A DNA stretch of 32,721 nucleotides. Origin: an uncultured Candidatus Bathyarchaeia archaeon (GTDB lineage Archaea; Thermoproteota; Bathyarchaeia; Bathyarchaeales; Bathycorpusculaceae). The stretch is from NCBI GenBank assembly GCA_964650565.1, contig CAZYUQ010000001.1:1-32721 (forward strand). Direction: 5' to 3'. A program made the position numbers and the translations under genes. Positions within the stretch are counted from its first letter, which is position 1; each line of letters begins with the position of its first letter. A model generated the notes under the pieces. That model saw only the letters and a program-made list of their open reading frames with translations. It was not told where the DNA came from and ran no database searches. Shown one piece after another: positions 32,710 through 32,721 of the stretch.

Positions 32710-32721
32710 CATGTCCATATC

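Noticed and set aside
32632-32721. Start of a CRISPR array at the right edge
   Set aside because: Only two copies are present, the start-to-start spacing is 42 nt (too short for repeat plus spacer), the repeats differ by an indel, and no cas genes are in the window.
3034-32721. tRNA or rRNA genes in the larger spacers (3034-3340, 10165-10402, 12974-13295, 22154-22466, 28014-28417, 28775-29028, 29428-29687)
   Set aside because: By eye I found no acceptor/T-arm (GTTCGAATC-like) signatures or cloverleaf pairing. This was not an exhaustive computational scan; tRNAscan-SE or Infernal would settle it.

Overview
Archaeal chromosomal segment with about 36 densely packed protein genes. GTG/TTG starts and short gene overlaps are frequent, and several promoters look leaderless (TATA about 25 nt upstream of the start codon). 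I recognised no rRNA, tRNA, CRISPR array, integrase or transposase. Left edge: cofD (partial, runs off the window), moaE, rps3ae, serS. An accessory-looking block at 3.3-13 kb holds an ABC-2 exporter pair plus a small Cys-containing ORF, a covalently duplicated Lrp/AsnC regulator and a CcdA/DsbD-like membrane protein. It also holds a same-strand trio of envelope proteins: an 856-aa PQQ-like beta-propeller with Ig-like domains and a C-terminal anchor, a 533-aa NapH/NosH/CcoG-type membrane polyferredoxin with an N-terminal secreted Ig-like domain, and a 314-aa NosD-type beta-helix protein with a C-terminal anchor. This trio, with the CcdA-like and ABC genes nearby, is my best candidate for an uncharacterised system (cell-surface redox or metal handling). 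The rest is core archaeal housekeeping: dcd-like, THUMP-type RNA methyltransferase, rpl10e, ppsA, dph2, METTL5-like methyltransferase, csl4, rpoL, DUF99, tfs. Then comes a replication island (pcn, priL, a GT2 glycosyltransferase, priS, GINS), an archaeosortase, DUF1801 and small membrane proteins. The conserved rpl44e-rps27e-aIF2alpha-nop10-PAC2 string follows. Three non-genic signals stand out. First, a family of short G5/C5-core intergenic elements, including 18-nt and 16-nt exact repeats many kb apart and three copies clustered at 3142-3264. Second, a patchwork keto/amino (G+T vs A+C) strand skew that flips several times regardless of gene orientation. Third, two palindrome-containing direct repeats at the right edge. 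All family calls rest on motifs I recognise by eye in the translations; no database search was run.
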